A DNA stretch of 64,000 bases, taken from Myxococcota bacterium (lineage in GTDB: Bacteria > Myxococcota_A > Polyangia > Polyangiales > Sandaracinaceae). The stretch is from NCBI GenBank assembly GCA_036149055.1, contig JAYZQJ010000088.1, positions 1 to 64,000 on the forward strand, in the 5' to 3' direction. Shown one piece after another: positions 28,693-37,186 of the stretch (within the stretch, counting starts at the first letter, position 1; each line of letters begins with the position of its first letter). The position numbers were made by a program, and so were the translations under genes. The notes below the pieces were generated by a model. That model searched no databases and was not told the origin of the DNA. It was given only the letters and a program-made list of their open reading frames with translations.

Positions 28693-29975
28693 GCCGCGCG
28701 CTGCCCGTCCTCGCGGTCCTGCTCTTCACCTCCTCGGCCACCTCGCCCGCCGCCGCGCAGCTGCGCACCACCCGCGAGGCGTACGACGGACGGCCGCCGC
28801 CGGACCACACCGCGGAGGACGCCGCGCTGGCGGTGCCCCGCGCCCTGCTCGCTCCGTTCTGGGGCGCGATCCGCGCCGGGCACCTGATCTCGGAGGCCAT
28901 GCTCGCGCCGCTCGGCCCGCCGCCCAGCTCGATGGACGCCGCCGAGCCGGCCCCGCCGCCCTTCGAGGTGCTGCCCGTGCTGCAGCTCGAGACCGAGCGC
29001 ACCCCGGCGATCGGCGCCTACGCGACCCTGCGCGCCGCGCCCTGGCTCCTGCGCGGGACCTTTCAGCACTGGGACGACCGGCGGCTGGAGGGCGCGCTCT
29101 CGATCCAGTTCGACGTGGCGCCGCGGCTCTCGGTGCTCGGCCGGGGCTTCGGCGCCTCGCGCGCCGACCGGATCTTCCACGGCCTCGGCTGGGACGCGCC
29201 GGCCGACGCCCGATCCCGCTATCGACATCATCGCGGCGGCGGCGCGCTCGCGCTGGAGTCGAGGCCCTGGCGGGCGAGCCGGCTGCGCACTGAGCTCGCC
29301 CTCGCTCGCCACGGGTTCGAGGGCGTGGCCTGGGGCGGTGAGCCCTCGTTGACCGCGCAGCGCGCCAGCCCCGAGGGGTTCGTGCGCGGCGTCACCCTGC
29401 TCGAGGCGCGCTTCGTCGCGCGGCTCGACGATCGCGGGCCCGACGCGGCGGCGCGGCCGGGCGGCGCCATCGAGCTGGGCCTCACCCAGGGCGCCGATCT
29501 CGACGGAGGCGCGCGCTGGCTGCGGGTCGACGCCACGTCGGAGGCCACCGCGCGCCTCGCGCCGGAGCACGACCTGACCCTCGGGGGCTGGGTGACCGCG
29601 CTCGCGCCGACCGGAGGCGAGACGCCGTTCGTCGCGCTGCCCGCGCTCGGCGGCCAGCCCGGGCGTCTCGCCGGCCTCCTCGCCGGCCGGCTCCGCGGCG
29701 AGACCGCGGCCGTGCTCCATCTGCGCTACCGCTGGGGCATCTCGGAGTGGGCCGACGCCGCGCTCCACGCCGAGCTCGGCAACGTGTTCGGGCCGGCGTT
29801 CGAGGGCTTCGGGCTCGACCGTCAGCGCCTGAGCGTCTCGATGTCGATCGACACCCTCGCCGACGACGCGCACCGGGTGGGGTTGATCGTCGGCTTCGGC
29901 ACCGACCCGCTCGTCCGAGGCGCGACCGTGCGCGAGGGGCGCGTCGCCTTCTTCATCGGGAGCCCGCCGTCGTGA
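28689..29975 (+). CDS. Probable outer-membrane beta-barrel (BamA/TamA/Omp85-like, divergent)
   Basis: Signal peptide (AAA-Q); FHGLG, LPALGG...LAG...RLRG...LRYRW...AELGNVF, alternating beta-strand pattern to C-terminus. Confidence 0.6.
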   Translation: MSRALPVLAVLLFTSSATSPAAAQLRTTREAYDGRPPPDHTAEDAALAVPRALLAPFWGAIRAGHLISEAMLAPLGPPPSSMDAAEPAPPPFEVLPVLQLETERTPAIGAYATLRAAPWLLRGTFQHWDDRRLEGALSIQFDVAPRLSVLGRGFGASRADRIFHGLGWDAPADARSRYRHHRGGGALALESRPWRASRLRTELALARHGFEGVAWGGEPSLTAQRASPEGFVRGVTLLEARFVARLDDRGPDAAARPGGAIELGLTQGADLDGGARWLRVDATSEATARLAPEHDLTLGGWVTALAPTGGETPFVALPALGGQPGRLAGLLAGRLRGETAAVLHLRYRWGISEWADAALHAELGNVFGPAFEGFGLDRQRLSVSMSIDTLADDAHRVGLIVGFGTDPLVRGATVREGRVAFFIGSPPS

Positions 29976-31123
29976 CCGTCCGTCGAGACGCGATCGCGGG
30001 CGTCGGCGGGATCGCGCTGGCGGCGCTCGGGCTCGCCGCCTGCCTCCCGCACCTCCACGGCGCGCGCGCGGCTCGGGCCCCGCTCGACGACGTGGCTCCG
30101 CGCTTCACGCCGTGGTGCGCGGCGAGCGAGGGAGACGCGCGCTTCTCGCGGCCGCCGCGTTTCGTCGCGCTCGCGCCCGACGCGGCGACCCTCGCCTGGC
30201 GCGCCGACGCCGACGCCGGCTGGGTGGAGGTCTGGTCGCCCGAGCGCTTCGAGGCCCGGCGCTTCCGCGCGCGCGGCGACGAGGCGCACCTGCGAGGGTT
30301 CGAGCCCGGGGCGCGCCTCTGCTACGCGGTCACGGTCGGGACCGCGCAGGGACCGACGGTCTCGTTCCGCACCCCGCGACCCGACGGGCCGGTGGACGTG
30401 GTGGTCTTCGGCGACTCCGGCGGCTCGCACCCCGACCAGGCGGCGATGGCCCGCGCGCTCTCACGCCACGCGGCCGACCTCGTGCTCCACACCGGCGACA
30501 TCGCCTACTACCGCGGCACCGAGGAGGCGTACGACGCGCAGTTCTTCCGCCCCTTCGCGGCCCTCACCCGGCGCGCGCTCGTCGCCGCGGTGCCCGGCAA
30601 CCACGACCGCAAGGTCGACGGAGGCCGACCGTTCTTCGACACCTTCGGCCCGGTGCCCCGCAGCTTCGACTACGGCCCCCTTCACGTCGCGCTGCTCGAC
30701 ACGGGGGGCGACCTCGCTGCGCAGGCCGAGTGGCTCGCGCGCGACCTCGACGCGAGCGATCGCCCCTGGAAGCTCGCGGTCGGCCATCACCCGCCCTTCG
30801 CCTCCGGCGCGCACGGCTCGAGCCTCCGCGTGCGCCGCGCCTTCGCCGCGGTCCTCTCCCGCCACGGCGCGGACCTGATGCTCTCGGGGCACGATCACCA
30901 CTACGAGCGCGTCCGGCCGCAAGGCGGCGTGACCTATGTGGTCAGCGGCGGCGGCGGCCACTCCACCCGTCCGGTCGGCGAGAGCGACTTCACGGCCTTC
31001 GCCGAGTCGGTGCTCCACTTCGTGCACCTCCGCGTCGATCCCGACCGCCTCGTCCTTCGTGCAGTCGACGCCGAAGGCCACGTCTTCGATCGGATCGTCT
31101 TGGAGGCCTCTTCGTCGCGGTAG
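29972..31123 (+). CDS. Exported metallophosphoesterase (purple-acid-phosphatase-like, N-terminal FN3-like region)
   Basis: FGDSG, HTGDIAY, PGNHD, GHHP, LSGHDHHYER, VVSGGGG; N-terminal hydrophobic segment. Confidence 0.9.
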   Translation: MTVRRDAIAGVGGIALAALGLAACLPHLHGARAARAPLDDVAPRFTPWCAASEGDARFSRPPRFVALAPDAATLAWRADADAGWVEVWSPERFEARRFRARGDEAHLRGFEPGARLCYAVTVGTAQGPTVSFRTPRPDGPVDVVVFGDSGGSHPDQAAMARALSRHAADLVLHTGDIAYYRGTEEAYDAQFFRPFAALTRRALVAAVPGNHDRKVDGGRPFFDTFGPVPRSFDYGPLHVALLDTGGDLAAQAEWLARDLDASDRPWKLAVGHHPPFASGAHGSSLRVRRAFAAVLSRHGADLMLSGHDHHYERVRPQGGVTYVVSGGGGHSTRPVGESDFTAFAESVLHFVHLRVDPDRLVLRAVDAEGHVFDRIVLEASSSR

Positions 31124-31143
31124 GCTCGGAAGGCGACAATTAC

Positions 31144-31400
31144 TCTCGCAAAGACGCAAAGTCGCAAAGGGGTTGGGTGGCGGCGGGGTGGAGGCTCGCC
31201 GGGCTGTGGCGGTCGCTGGGCGGGTCTGCGAGCGTCGACGTCTCGGGTTGGGGTTCTCGCAGAGGCGCAGAGTCGCAGAGGGGCGCACGCTGTGCGGGAG
31301 CGGCCGCTCGCTGGGCGTGTGCTGCGACGGTGATGGACGGGGCGGCGAGTCGCCGTCCCGTCGCCTGCTCGTCCCTTTGCGGCTTGGCGGCTTGGCGAGA
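31144..31400. repeat. REP-like repeats built of three 8-nt units (TCTCGCAAAGACGCAAAGTCGCAAAG type)
   Basis: Direct copies at 31144-31169 and 31255-31280; inverted copy at 31375-31400; lies between convergent genes. Confidence 0.85.
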
Positions 31401-31429
31401 GCCATTTTCCACCGAAGACCGGGCGAGGG

Positions 31430-32176
31430 CTAGCTGTGGATGCGGAGGGTGGCGCGGTAGCGGCGCTGGCCGTCGGGGGCGAAGTCCTCGACGGTGATGG
31501 TGCCGTTCTGGAGATCCATGTCTACGAGGGGATCGCCATCGGCGTCGGACTGGCCGTCGTCGACCGCGCGGACCGGGCGGCCGTTCTCGAGCTCGCAGGG
31601 GACGTAGCCTGCCGTCTGGCGCTCGTTGGGATAGAGGACGGCGCCGTCGCAGACGACGCGGACGACGCAGTTGAAGGAGCCCGCCTGGACGGGGAGGACG
31701 CGGACCTGGCAGCTGTCCGCCGCGAGGTCGACGTCGCCTTCGGCGTCGATGATCTGGGCGCGGTGGGCGGTGGGCTCGAAGGGGAGGGTCGGCTCGCCGT
31801 CCTGGGCCATCGCCGAGAAGGAGCGCCACATCGCGAAGAGCTGGGGGTCGCGGGCGCGCTCTGCGACGCCCTCCTGCCAGAAGCGCGGGCCGGGCAGGTC
31901 GAGCGACATCTGGCGCTGCAAATCGGACTCCTGCCCCCAGTCGTGGTGGGTGTAGGAGCCGCCGGAGCTCGGCGTGTGACGCGGCCGAGCGCGGTCGGAG
32001 GGGGCGCGACCGTCGCGGCGGTCCCGCGGGTCGCGGGCGTCGGCCGTCGCGGCTCGCTCGCTCGCGCGGCGCGCGGAGGCGCCATCCAGGATGGCCCAGG
32101 CCGTGACCCCGGCGCCGGTCAGGAAGACGGCGGCGAAGAGCCAGAGGCTCGGTCGGATCCCGGTACGCTCGTTCAT
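31430..32176 (-). CDS. Hypothetical membrane-anchored protein with 4-Cys C-terminal domain
   Basis: N-terminal TM; CQVRV...FNCVVRVVCDG...YP...GYVPC...DGDP. Confidence 0.7.
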   Translation of the reverse strand: MNERTGIRPSLWLFAAVFLTGAGVTAWAILDGASARRASERAATADARDPRDRRDGRAPSDRARPRHTPSSGGSYTHHDWGQESDLQRQMSLDLPGPRFWQEGVAERARDPQLFAMWRSFSAMAQDGEPTLPFEPTAHRAQIIDAEGDVDLAADSCQVRVLPVQAGSFNCVVRVVCDGAVLYPNERQTAGYVPCELENGRPVRAVDDGQSDADGDPLVDMDLQNGTITVEDFAPDGQRRYRATLRIHS

Positions 32177-32313
32177 CGGCGGTCCCGTGTCGAACGCACC
32201 ATGGAGCCGAAGCATTTCCGCGCAACCTGGGTCACTGCCCGGTGTGGACGCGCGAGCCGCGGGAAAGTTCCCGCGTCTTGCCTTCGGCGGGGGCAGACGA
32301 TATTCGCGGGGAC

Positions 32314-33735
32314 GTGCGGCACCTGTCCATTCTCCTCCCGCTCCTCGTGATTCTCCCCTCCTGCGGCGGCGGCGCCGGGCCCCGCGCGCCGGGGGAGGGC
32401 GAGGTGCTGCTCCGGCACACGCCGACCGCGAACGCGCGCATCCGCTATCACAGCGTGGTCCGCGAGGTGCCGGGGGACGCGCCCGGGCGGACCATCAGCG
32501 CGCCCGCGACCCTCTTCGTGGGAGAGGAGACCGAGCCCGGCGTGCACGCCCTGCGGGTGGAGCACGCGGACGTGAAGCTCGCCGGCGAGGGCGGCTCGCG
32601 GGTCGACGTGACCGGGGAGATCACGGTGACCCTGGCCCTGGGCGATCAGCGGCAGGCGACGCGTGAGCCCAGCGCGACCGAGGTGGAGACGGCGGCCGAT
32701 CTGGCGCGCACCTGGGCCGACGGGCCGACCTTCCCGTACGAGCCGGTCGGCGTGGGCGACCCGTGGGAGATGAGCCCGGTGACGCGGGTGCTGCCCACCG
32801 GGCCGGTGGAGATCGGGCGCAGCGCGCGCATCGCCGACATCTCGGGCGGGGTCGCGACCATCGAGGTCACCGGGGTCCTCGCGGCGACCGAGGTGGGCGA
32901 CGGGATCATCGCCGGCGGTGAGCTCGAGCAGCGCTTCCGGGTCCGCGTCGCCGACGGGCTGCTCGTCGAGCAGGACGACACCACCGCGCTCTGGATCGCC
33001 TCGCGCGGCGAGGGCGGCGCCGAGCTGGGCCGGGTCGGACACTGGCGGCGCGCGCACCTCGAGCGGATCGCGGGCGCGATGCCCGGGCCGGAGGCGCACG
33101 ACTGGCGGCCCGATCAGCCGGACCGCAGCTGCCGGGCTCGGCTCGCCGCGATGGGGCGCCGCTTCGAGCAGGCGCCGGGCGGCGTCGACCTGGACCCGGT
33201 GGCGGGGGAGCCGATCCCGTGGCCGGAGGTGGCGGACGGGCGCACCGTCGACGAGCCGGGCGTGCTCTTCCACGGCGACGACGTCGACGCGCTGCGCGCC
33301 TCGTTCGAGTCCGCGGACCTGGGGCGCGCCGTGGTGGCCTACGCGGTCGCGCCGGCGTCGCTGAGCGACGACGAGGTGCGCGAGGCGCTCGACGGGCTGC
33401 CGTCGTTCATCGACCTGCGCCGCCTGGTGTACCGCCCGATCGATCCCCCCTCGCCGCCTCGCCCGGAGGGGGCCGACGACGTGGCCCGCGCCATGCGCGC
33501 GGGGGATCGGATCGAGGTGTGGCGGGCGGCCGTCGCGCCGTTGGTCGCGACGTGCCGCCCGGCCGCGATGGCGATCGCGGCGGACGACGACGTCGCGGAG
33601 CGTGCCGGGAGCGCGCGGAGGGCGGTGGTCGAGGCGTTCGGTCGCTGCGGCTGCGAAGCCACCGACCTCACTCTCCTCGAGCACCTCCTCGATACGCGCT
33701 ACGGCGGCCCCTACCTCGGCTGGACCGACCTCTGA
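32314..33735 (+). CDS. Hypothetical lipoprotein
   Basis: GTG at 32314; lipobox-like ILPSC; FPYEPVGVGDPW motif. Confidence 0.65.
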   Translation: MRHLSILLPLLVILPSCGGGAGPRAPGEGEVLLRHTPTANARIRYHSVVREVPGDAPGRTISAPATLFVGEETEPGVHALRVEHADVKLAGEGGSRVDVTGEITVTLALGDQRQATREPSATEVETAADLARTWADGPTFPYEPVGVGDPWEMSPVTRVLPTGPVEIGRSARIADISGGVATIEVTGVLAATEVGDGIIAGGELEQRFRVRVADGLLVEQDDTTALWIASRGEGGAELGRVGHWRRAHLERIAGAMPGPEAHDWRPDQPDRSCRARLAAMGRRFEQAPGGVDLDPVAGEPIPWPEVADGRTVDEPGVLFHGDDVDALRASFESADLGRAVVAYAVAPASLSDDEVREALDGLPSFIDLRRLVYRPIDPPSPPRPEGADDVARAMRAGDRIEVWRAAVAPLVATCRPAAMAIAADDDVAERAGSARRAVVEAFGRCGCEATDLTLLEHLLDTRYGGPYLGWTDL

Positions 33736-33745
33736 ATCCCGGTGC

Positions 33746-34210
33746 TCACCGCTCGGTGGCGGTGTTCACGAAGATCCGGCGGCCGTCGAGCTCGCTGTCG
33801 GTGAGCCCGTCGATCGCCTTCGGCGCGTCGCGCCGGTTGGCCATCGTGACGAAGCCGAAGCCGCGCGAGTTGCCGGTGCTGCGGTCGGTGACGACGACCG
33901 CGTCGGCCACCTCACCGAACTCCTCGAAGGCGCTCTTGAGCGTCTGCGCCGTGGTGTCGTAGCTGAGCCCACCCACGAAGAGGCGAGCCGGGATGGCCGT
34001 GCCGCCGCCGCCGTTGCGGGGGGCCTCCATCTGCTCCATCAGCTCTTCGACGCTGGGGCTGGTCGTGGCGATCAGCTCCTCGCGGTCGACGACGTCGAGC
34101 TCGCTGGGGCCTTCCTCGCGCTTCATCCGGCGACGCATCGCCTTCTCGCGCTTCTTCTTCGCCTTCTCGTTCTCACGAGCACGCTTGTTCTGATTGTAGC
34201 CGCGGCTCAC
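33746..34210 (-). CDS. RRM (RNP) RNA-binding protein with basic N-terminal extension
   Basis: RNP2 LFVGGL, RNP1 RGFGFVTM; N-terminus KRARENEKAKKKREKAMRRRMKR. Confidence 0.93.
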   Translation of the reverse strand: MSRGYNQNKRARENEKAKKKREKAMRRRMKREEGPSELDVVDREELIATTSPSVEELMEQMEAPRNGGGGTAIPARLFVGGLSYDTTAQTLKSAFEEFGEVADAVVVTDRSTGNSRGFGFVTMANRRDAPKAIDGLTDSELDGRRIFVNTATER

Positions 34211-34451
34211 TGGGGGCCTCGAGCGGCGTGGGATCGATGTGTCGGGTGCAAGTTTCCGTTTCCTCGTTTCTCGTCGGCGCGAAGCCGAAACGCGGCGCGT
34301 CACCGTGACGGACGCCGGACCGCTGCAGGCGCGAGCTGTTCGCCGCCGCGCGCGGACCCTTCCGTGTGACGCCTCGGAGCGCCCAGGTCAACCGTTCAAT
34401 TGTGATTCCGCCGCTCGCGCGGGCGCGCAAACGTGTCAACCTCGCGCCGCC

Positions 34452-35414
34452 ATGCGGGCTCTCGCCGCCACCCTCCGCGCGCCGGTGTCACCGGTCACGG
34501 GCCGCCTCCACCTCGAGGGGTGGGACCGGCTGCGCGTGATCGCCGCGCTCGACACCGTGTTCCTCCACTTCACCGGAGACCACGCGTTCTTCGGCTGGGG
34601 GCTGCCGCTCTTCCTGCTGCTCTCGATCGCGCTCGGGGTCTCGAAGCCGCAGGCGCCGACCACCGCGCGCTTCCTCGAGCGTCGGGTGCCCCGGATCCTG
34701 CTGCCCTGGGTGTTCTGGGCGGTCGTCTTCGTCGGCCTGCGCGCGCTGTCGTGCTGGATGAGCGGCCTGCCGCTCTTCGGCTGGCTCGAGCCGTCGATGC
34801 TCTTCTACGGCCCGCGCATCCACCTCTGGTTCCTGCCCTTCATCCTCGGGGCGGGCCTGATCGCCCACCGGGTGCACCAGCTCGTCGGCACCTCGCGGGT
34901 GGCGCCGGTGGTCGCCCTCGGCCTCGCGGGCGGCGCGGTGCTGCTGGCGCCCACGCTCTCGGCGACGGAGTGGCCCTACGCGCAGTGGGTCTTCAGCCTC
35001 CCGGCGATCCCGCTCGGCTTCGTGCTCGGCCGGGCCCTGGCGTTCGAGCGATCGCTGCCGCGGCTCCGGCTGACGCTGCTGACGATCCTGCTCGGGTTCG
35101 TGGGCCTCGGCCTCGCCGCCTGGGGCGTGGACGAGCGGAGCGGCGTCTACGCCTTCCGCCACGCGGGCGGCTTCGGGCTCCTCGCGCTGGCGACCCTGCT
35201 CCCCAACCGCGCCGATCCGATCACCAAGAAGCTCACGCCGCTCATGCTGGGCGTCTACATCCTGCACCCGGCGGTCTACGGCTGGATCGTCAAGCCCGCG
35301 ATGTGCGCGGTGGAGATGAACCACGTGCGCTGGCTGCGGGTCGCCCTCGCGTTCCCGGCGACGATGCTGGTGGTCTGGCTCCTGCGGAAGACCTGGCTGA
35401 AGCGCTTCCTCTGA
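34452..35414 (+). CDS. Acyltransferase family 3 (membrane O-acyltransferase)
   Basis: EGWDRLRVIA, PLFLLLS, RRVPRILLPWVFW, HLWFLP, GVYILHP. Confidence 0.85.
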   Translation: MRALAATLRAPVSPVTGRLHLEGWDRLRVIAALDTVFLHFTGDHAFFGWGLPLFLLLSIALGVSKPQAPTTARFLERRVPRILLPWVFWAVVFVGLRALSCWMSGLPLFGWLEPSMLFYGPRIHLWFLPFILGAGLIAHRVHQLVGTSRVAPVVALGLAGGAVLLAPTLSATEWPYAQWVFSLPAIPLGFVLGRALAFERSLPRLRLTLLTILLGFVGLGLAAWGVDERSGVYAFRHAGGFGLLALATLLPNRADPITKKLTPLMLGVYILHPAVYGWIVKPAMCAVEMNHVRWLRVALAFPATMLVVWLLRKTWLKRFL

Positions 35415-36302
35415 TCAGGGGAAGACGCGCACGACCAGGTCGCCGAGGGCGAAGGGGAAGGTCAGCGCCCCGTCGGTGGCCACGTAGGCGGTGAAGCGCA
35501 CGCCGACCTCCAGGTCGTTCGCGGTGAAGGCGAAGCCGAAGGACGCGCCGAGCAGGCCGAGGTGGTATCCGTCCGCCTCGCGCTGGCCGGGACCGAGGAA
35601 GCCGTAGCCGCCCTCGAGGCCGGCCTCGAAGCGCCCCTGGCGCCGGTCCGCCGCGTAGGTGAGCCCGCCGGTCAGCATCGCGCTGCCGCGCATCGTCGGA
35701 TCGAAGACCGCCCCGCCGCGGGCCCGGGCCTCGACCCGGAGAGAGGGCCAGGGGAAGAAGCCGACCCCGACCAGCCCCTGGTTCGCCATGAGCGCCGTCG
35801 ACCAGCCCAGCTCGACGAAGCCGCCGCGCAGCGGGCCTCGGGCCTCGCGCAGCGGCGCGGGCGGCTCGACCTCGGCCTCGGGGGTGACCGTGGCCGGCGC
35901 GTCGAGCTCGCGTCCGAGGTGGCCGAGCGGCTCCATCGAGTCGACCAGGCGGGCGGCGACGATCGCCGCGACGCGGGCGTCGGCGCGGGGAGGCATCGCG
36001 GCGTCGACGTGCGCGCCGTCCGCCACCCGGATGGCGTGGAGCCGGCCGTCGGGCTCGAGCCAGATCGCGACCTCGGCCCCGCGCGCGTCGGCCTGGGCCC
36101 GGGCCGACACCGCCCGCCAGGCGCTCGACGGGCCGGTCGGCGGGTCCACGCGGAACGCCTCCATGCCGGTCCGGGAGAGCTCGCGCTCCAGCGCCACGGC
36201 GCGCTCCCAGTCCCCGTCCATCCACAGCACCGTCTGCGCCTGCGCCGAGAGCGGCATCAGCCACCCCAGCGCGAGCGCGATCCAGATCGTCCCTCTCCGC
36301 AT
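35415..36302 (-). CDS. Hypothetical secreted protein, possible small beta-barrel C-terminus
   Basis: Signal peptide (AQA-Q); C-terminal amphipathic beta-strands. Confidence 0.6.
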   Translation of the reverse strand: MRRGTIWIALALGWLMPLSAQAQTVLWMDGDWERAVALERELSRTGMEAFRVDPPTGPSSAWRAVSARAQADARGAEVAIWLEPDGRLHAIRVADGAHVDAAMPPRADARVAAIVAARLVDSMEPLGHLGRELDAPATVTPEAEVEPPAPLREARGPLRGGFVELGWSTALMANQGLVGVGFFPWPSLRVEARARGGAVFDPTMRGSAMLTGGLTYAADRRQGRFEAGLEGGYGFLGPGQREADGYHLGLLGASFGFAFTANDLEVGVRFTAYVATDGALTFPFALGDLVVRVFP

Positions 36303-36410
36303 GCCGGCCAGGAGACCTCACGTCGTGGCCCGCTGCCAACCGATCTCGACTATTCTCCGCTGAGCTACTCGATTGGCGCGGCCTCCACGCGTCCCGCCGG
36401 AGACCGACCT

Positions 36411-37106
36411 GTGCGACGGGCCGACCGCCTCTTCCAGATCATCCAGCTCCTCCGCGGCCGCCGCCGGGCGGTCACCGCGCGCTGGCTGGCCGAGCGGCTC
36501 GAGGTGTCGGAGCGGACCATCTACCGCGACATCCACGACCTCGTCTCGACCGGCACGCCCATCGAGGGGGAGGCCGGGGTCGGGTACACGCTTCGCTCGG
36601 GCTACGACCTGCCTCCCCTCATGTTCGACGAGGAGGAGCTCGAGGCGCTCGTGCTCGGCGCGCGGGTGGCGGCGGCGTTCGGGGACGAGCGGCTCGCCCG
36701 GGCCGCCGAGCGCGCGCTCTCCAAGGTGACGGCGGTGCTGCCGCGGGGCCTGGCGGAGAAGCTTCGGGCGGCCGCGCTCTTCGCGCCGCGCTTCCCGAGG
36801 GCCGCCAACGAGTCCCTCGGCGTGGTGCGCGCGGCCATCAACGACCGCCTTCGTCTGCGCATGCGCTACGAGCGGGCCGACGGGGACCTCCGCGTGCGCA
36901 CGGTGAGGCCGCTCGCCGCCTTCTTCTGGGGCAGCAGCTGGACGGTCACCGCCTGGTGCGAGCTGCGGGACGACTTCCGCACCTTCCGGCTGGACCGCAT
37001 GCGGGAGATCGAGCTGGGCGAGCCTTTCCTCGAGGAGCCGGGCAAGACGCTGCACGACTACGTGCTCACCCTCGGCCCGGACGCCCACGGCATGCTCGAC
37101 GCCTGA
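36411..37106 (+). CDS. YafY-family HTH-WYL transcriptional regulator
   Basis: RRADRLFQIIQLL, LEVSERTIYRDI, GEAGVGY, LPPLMF, AWCELRDDFRTFRLDR. Confidence 0.95.
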   Translation: MRRADRLFQIIQLLRGRRRAVTARWLAERLEVSERTIYRDIHDLVSTGTPIEGEAGVGYTLRSGYDLPPLMFDEEELEALVLGARVAAAFGDERLARAAERALSKVTAVLPRGLAEKLRAAALFAPRFPRAANESLGVVRAAINDRLRLRMRYERADGDLRVRTVRPLAAFFWGSSWTVTAWCELRDDFRTFRLDRMREIELGEPFLEEPGKTLHDYVLTLGPDAHGMLDA

Positions 37107-37186
37107 CGGGAACCTTCGGGGCGGATCGCGGTCAGCCCGACGTGACCCCCACCCACGCTCGCAACGCCGTACCGACGGTGCTACCA

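Noticed and set aside
36303..36410. YafY/WYL operator palindrome
   Set aside because: Only a weak GCCAA...TTGGC symmetry; not convincing.
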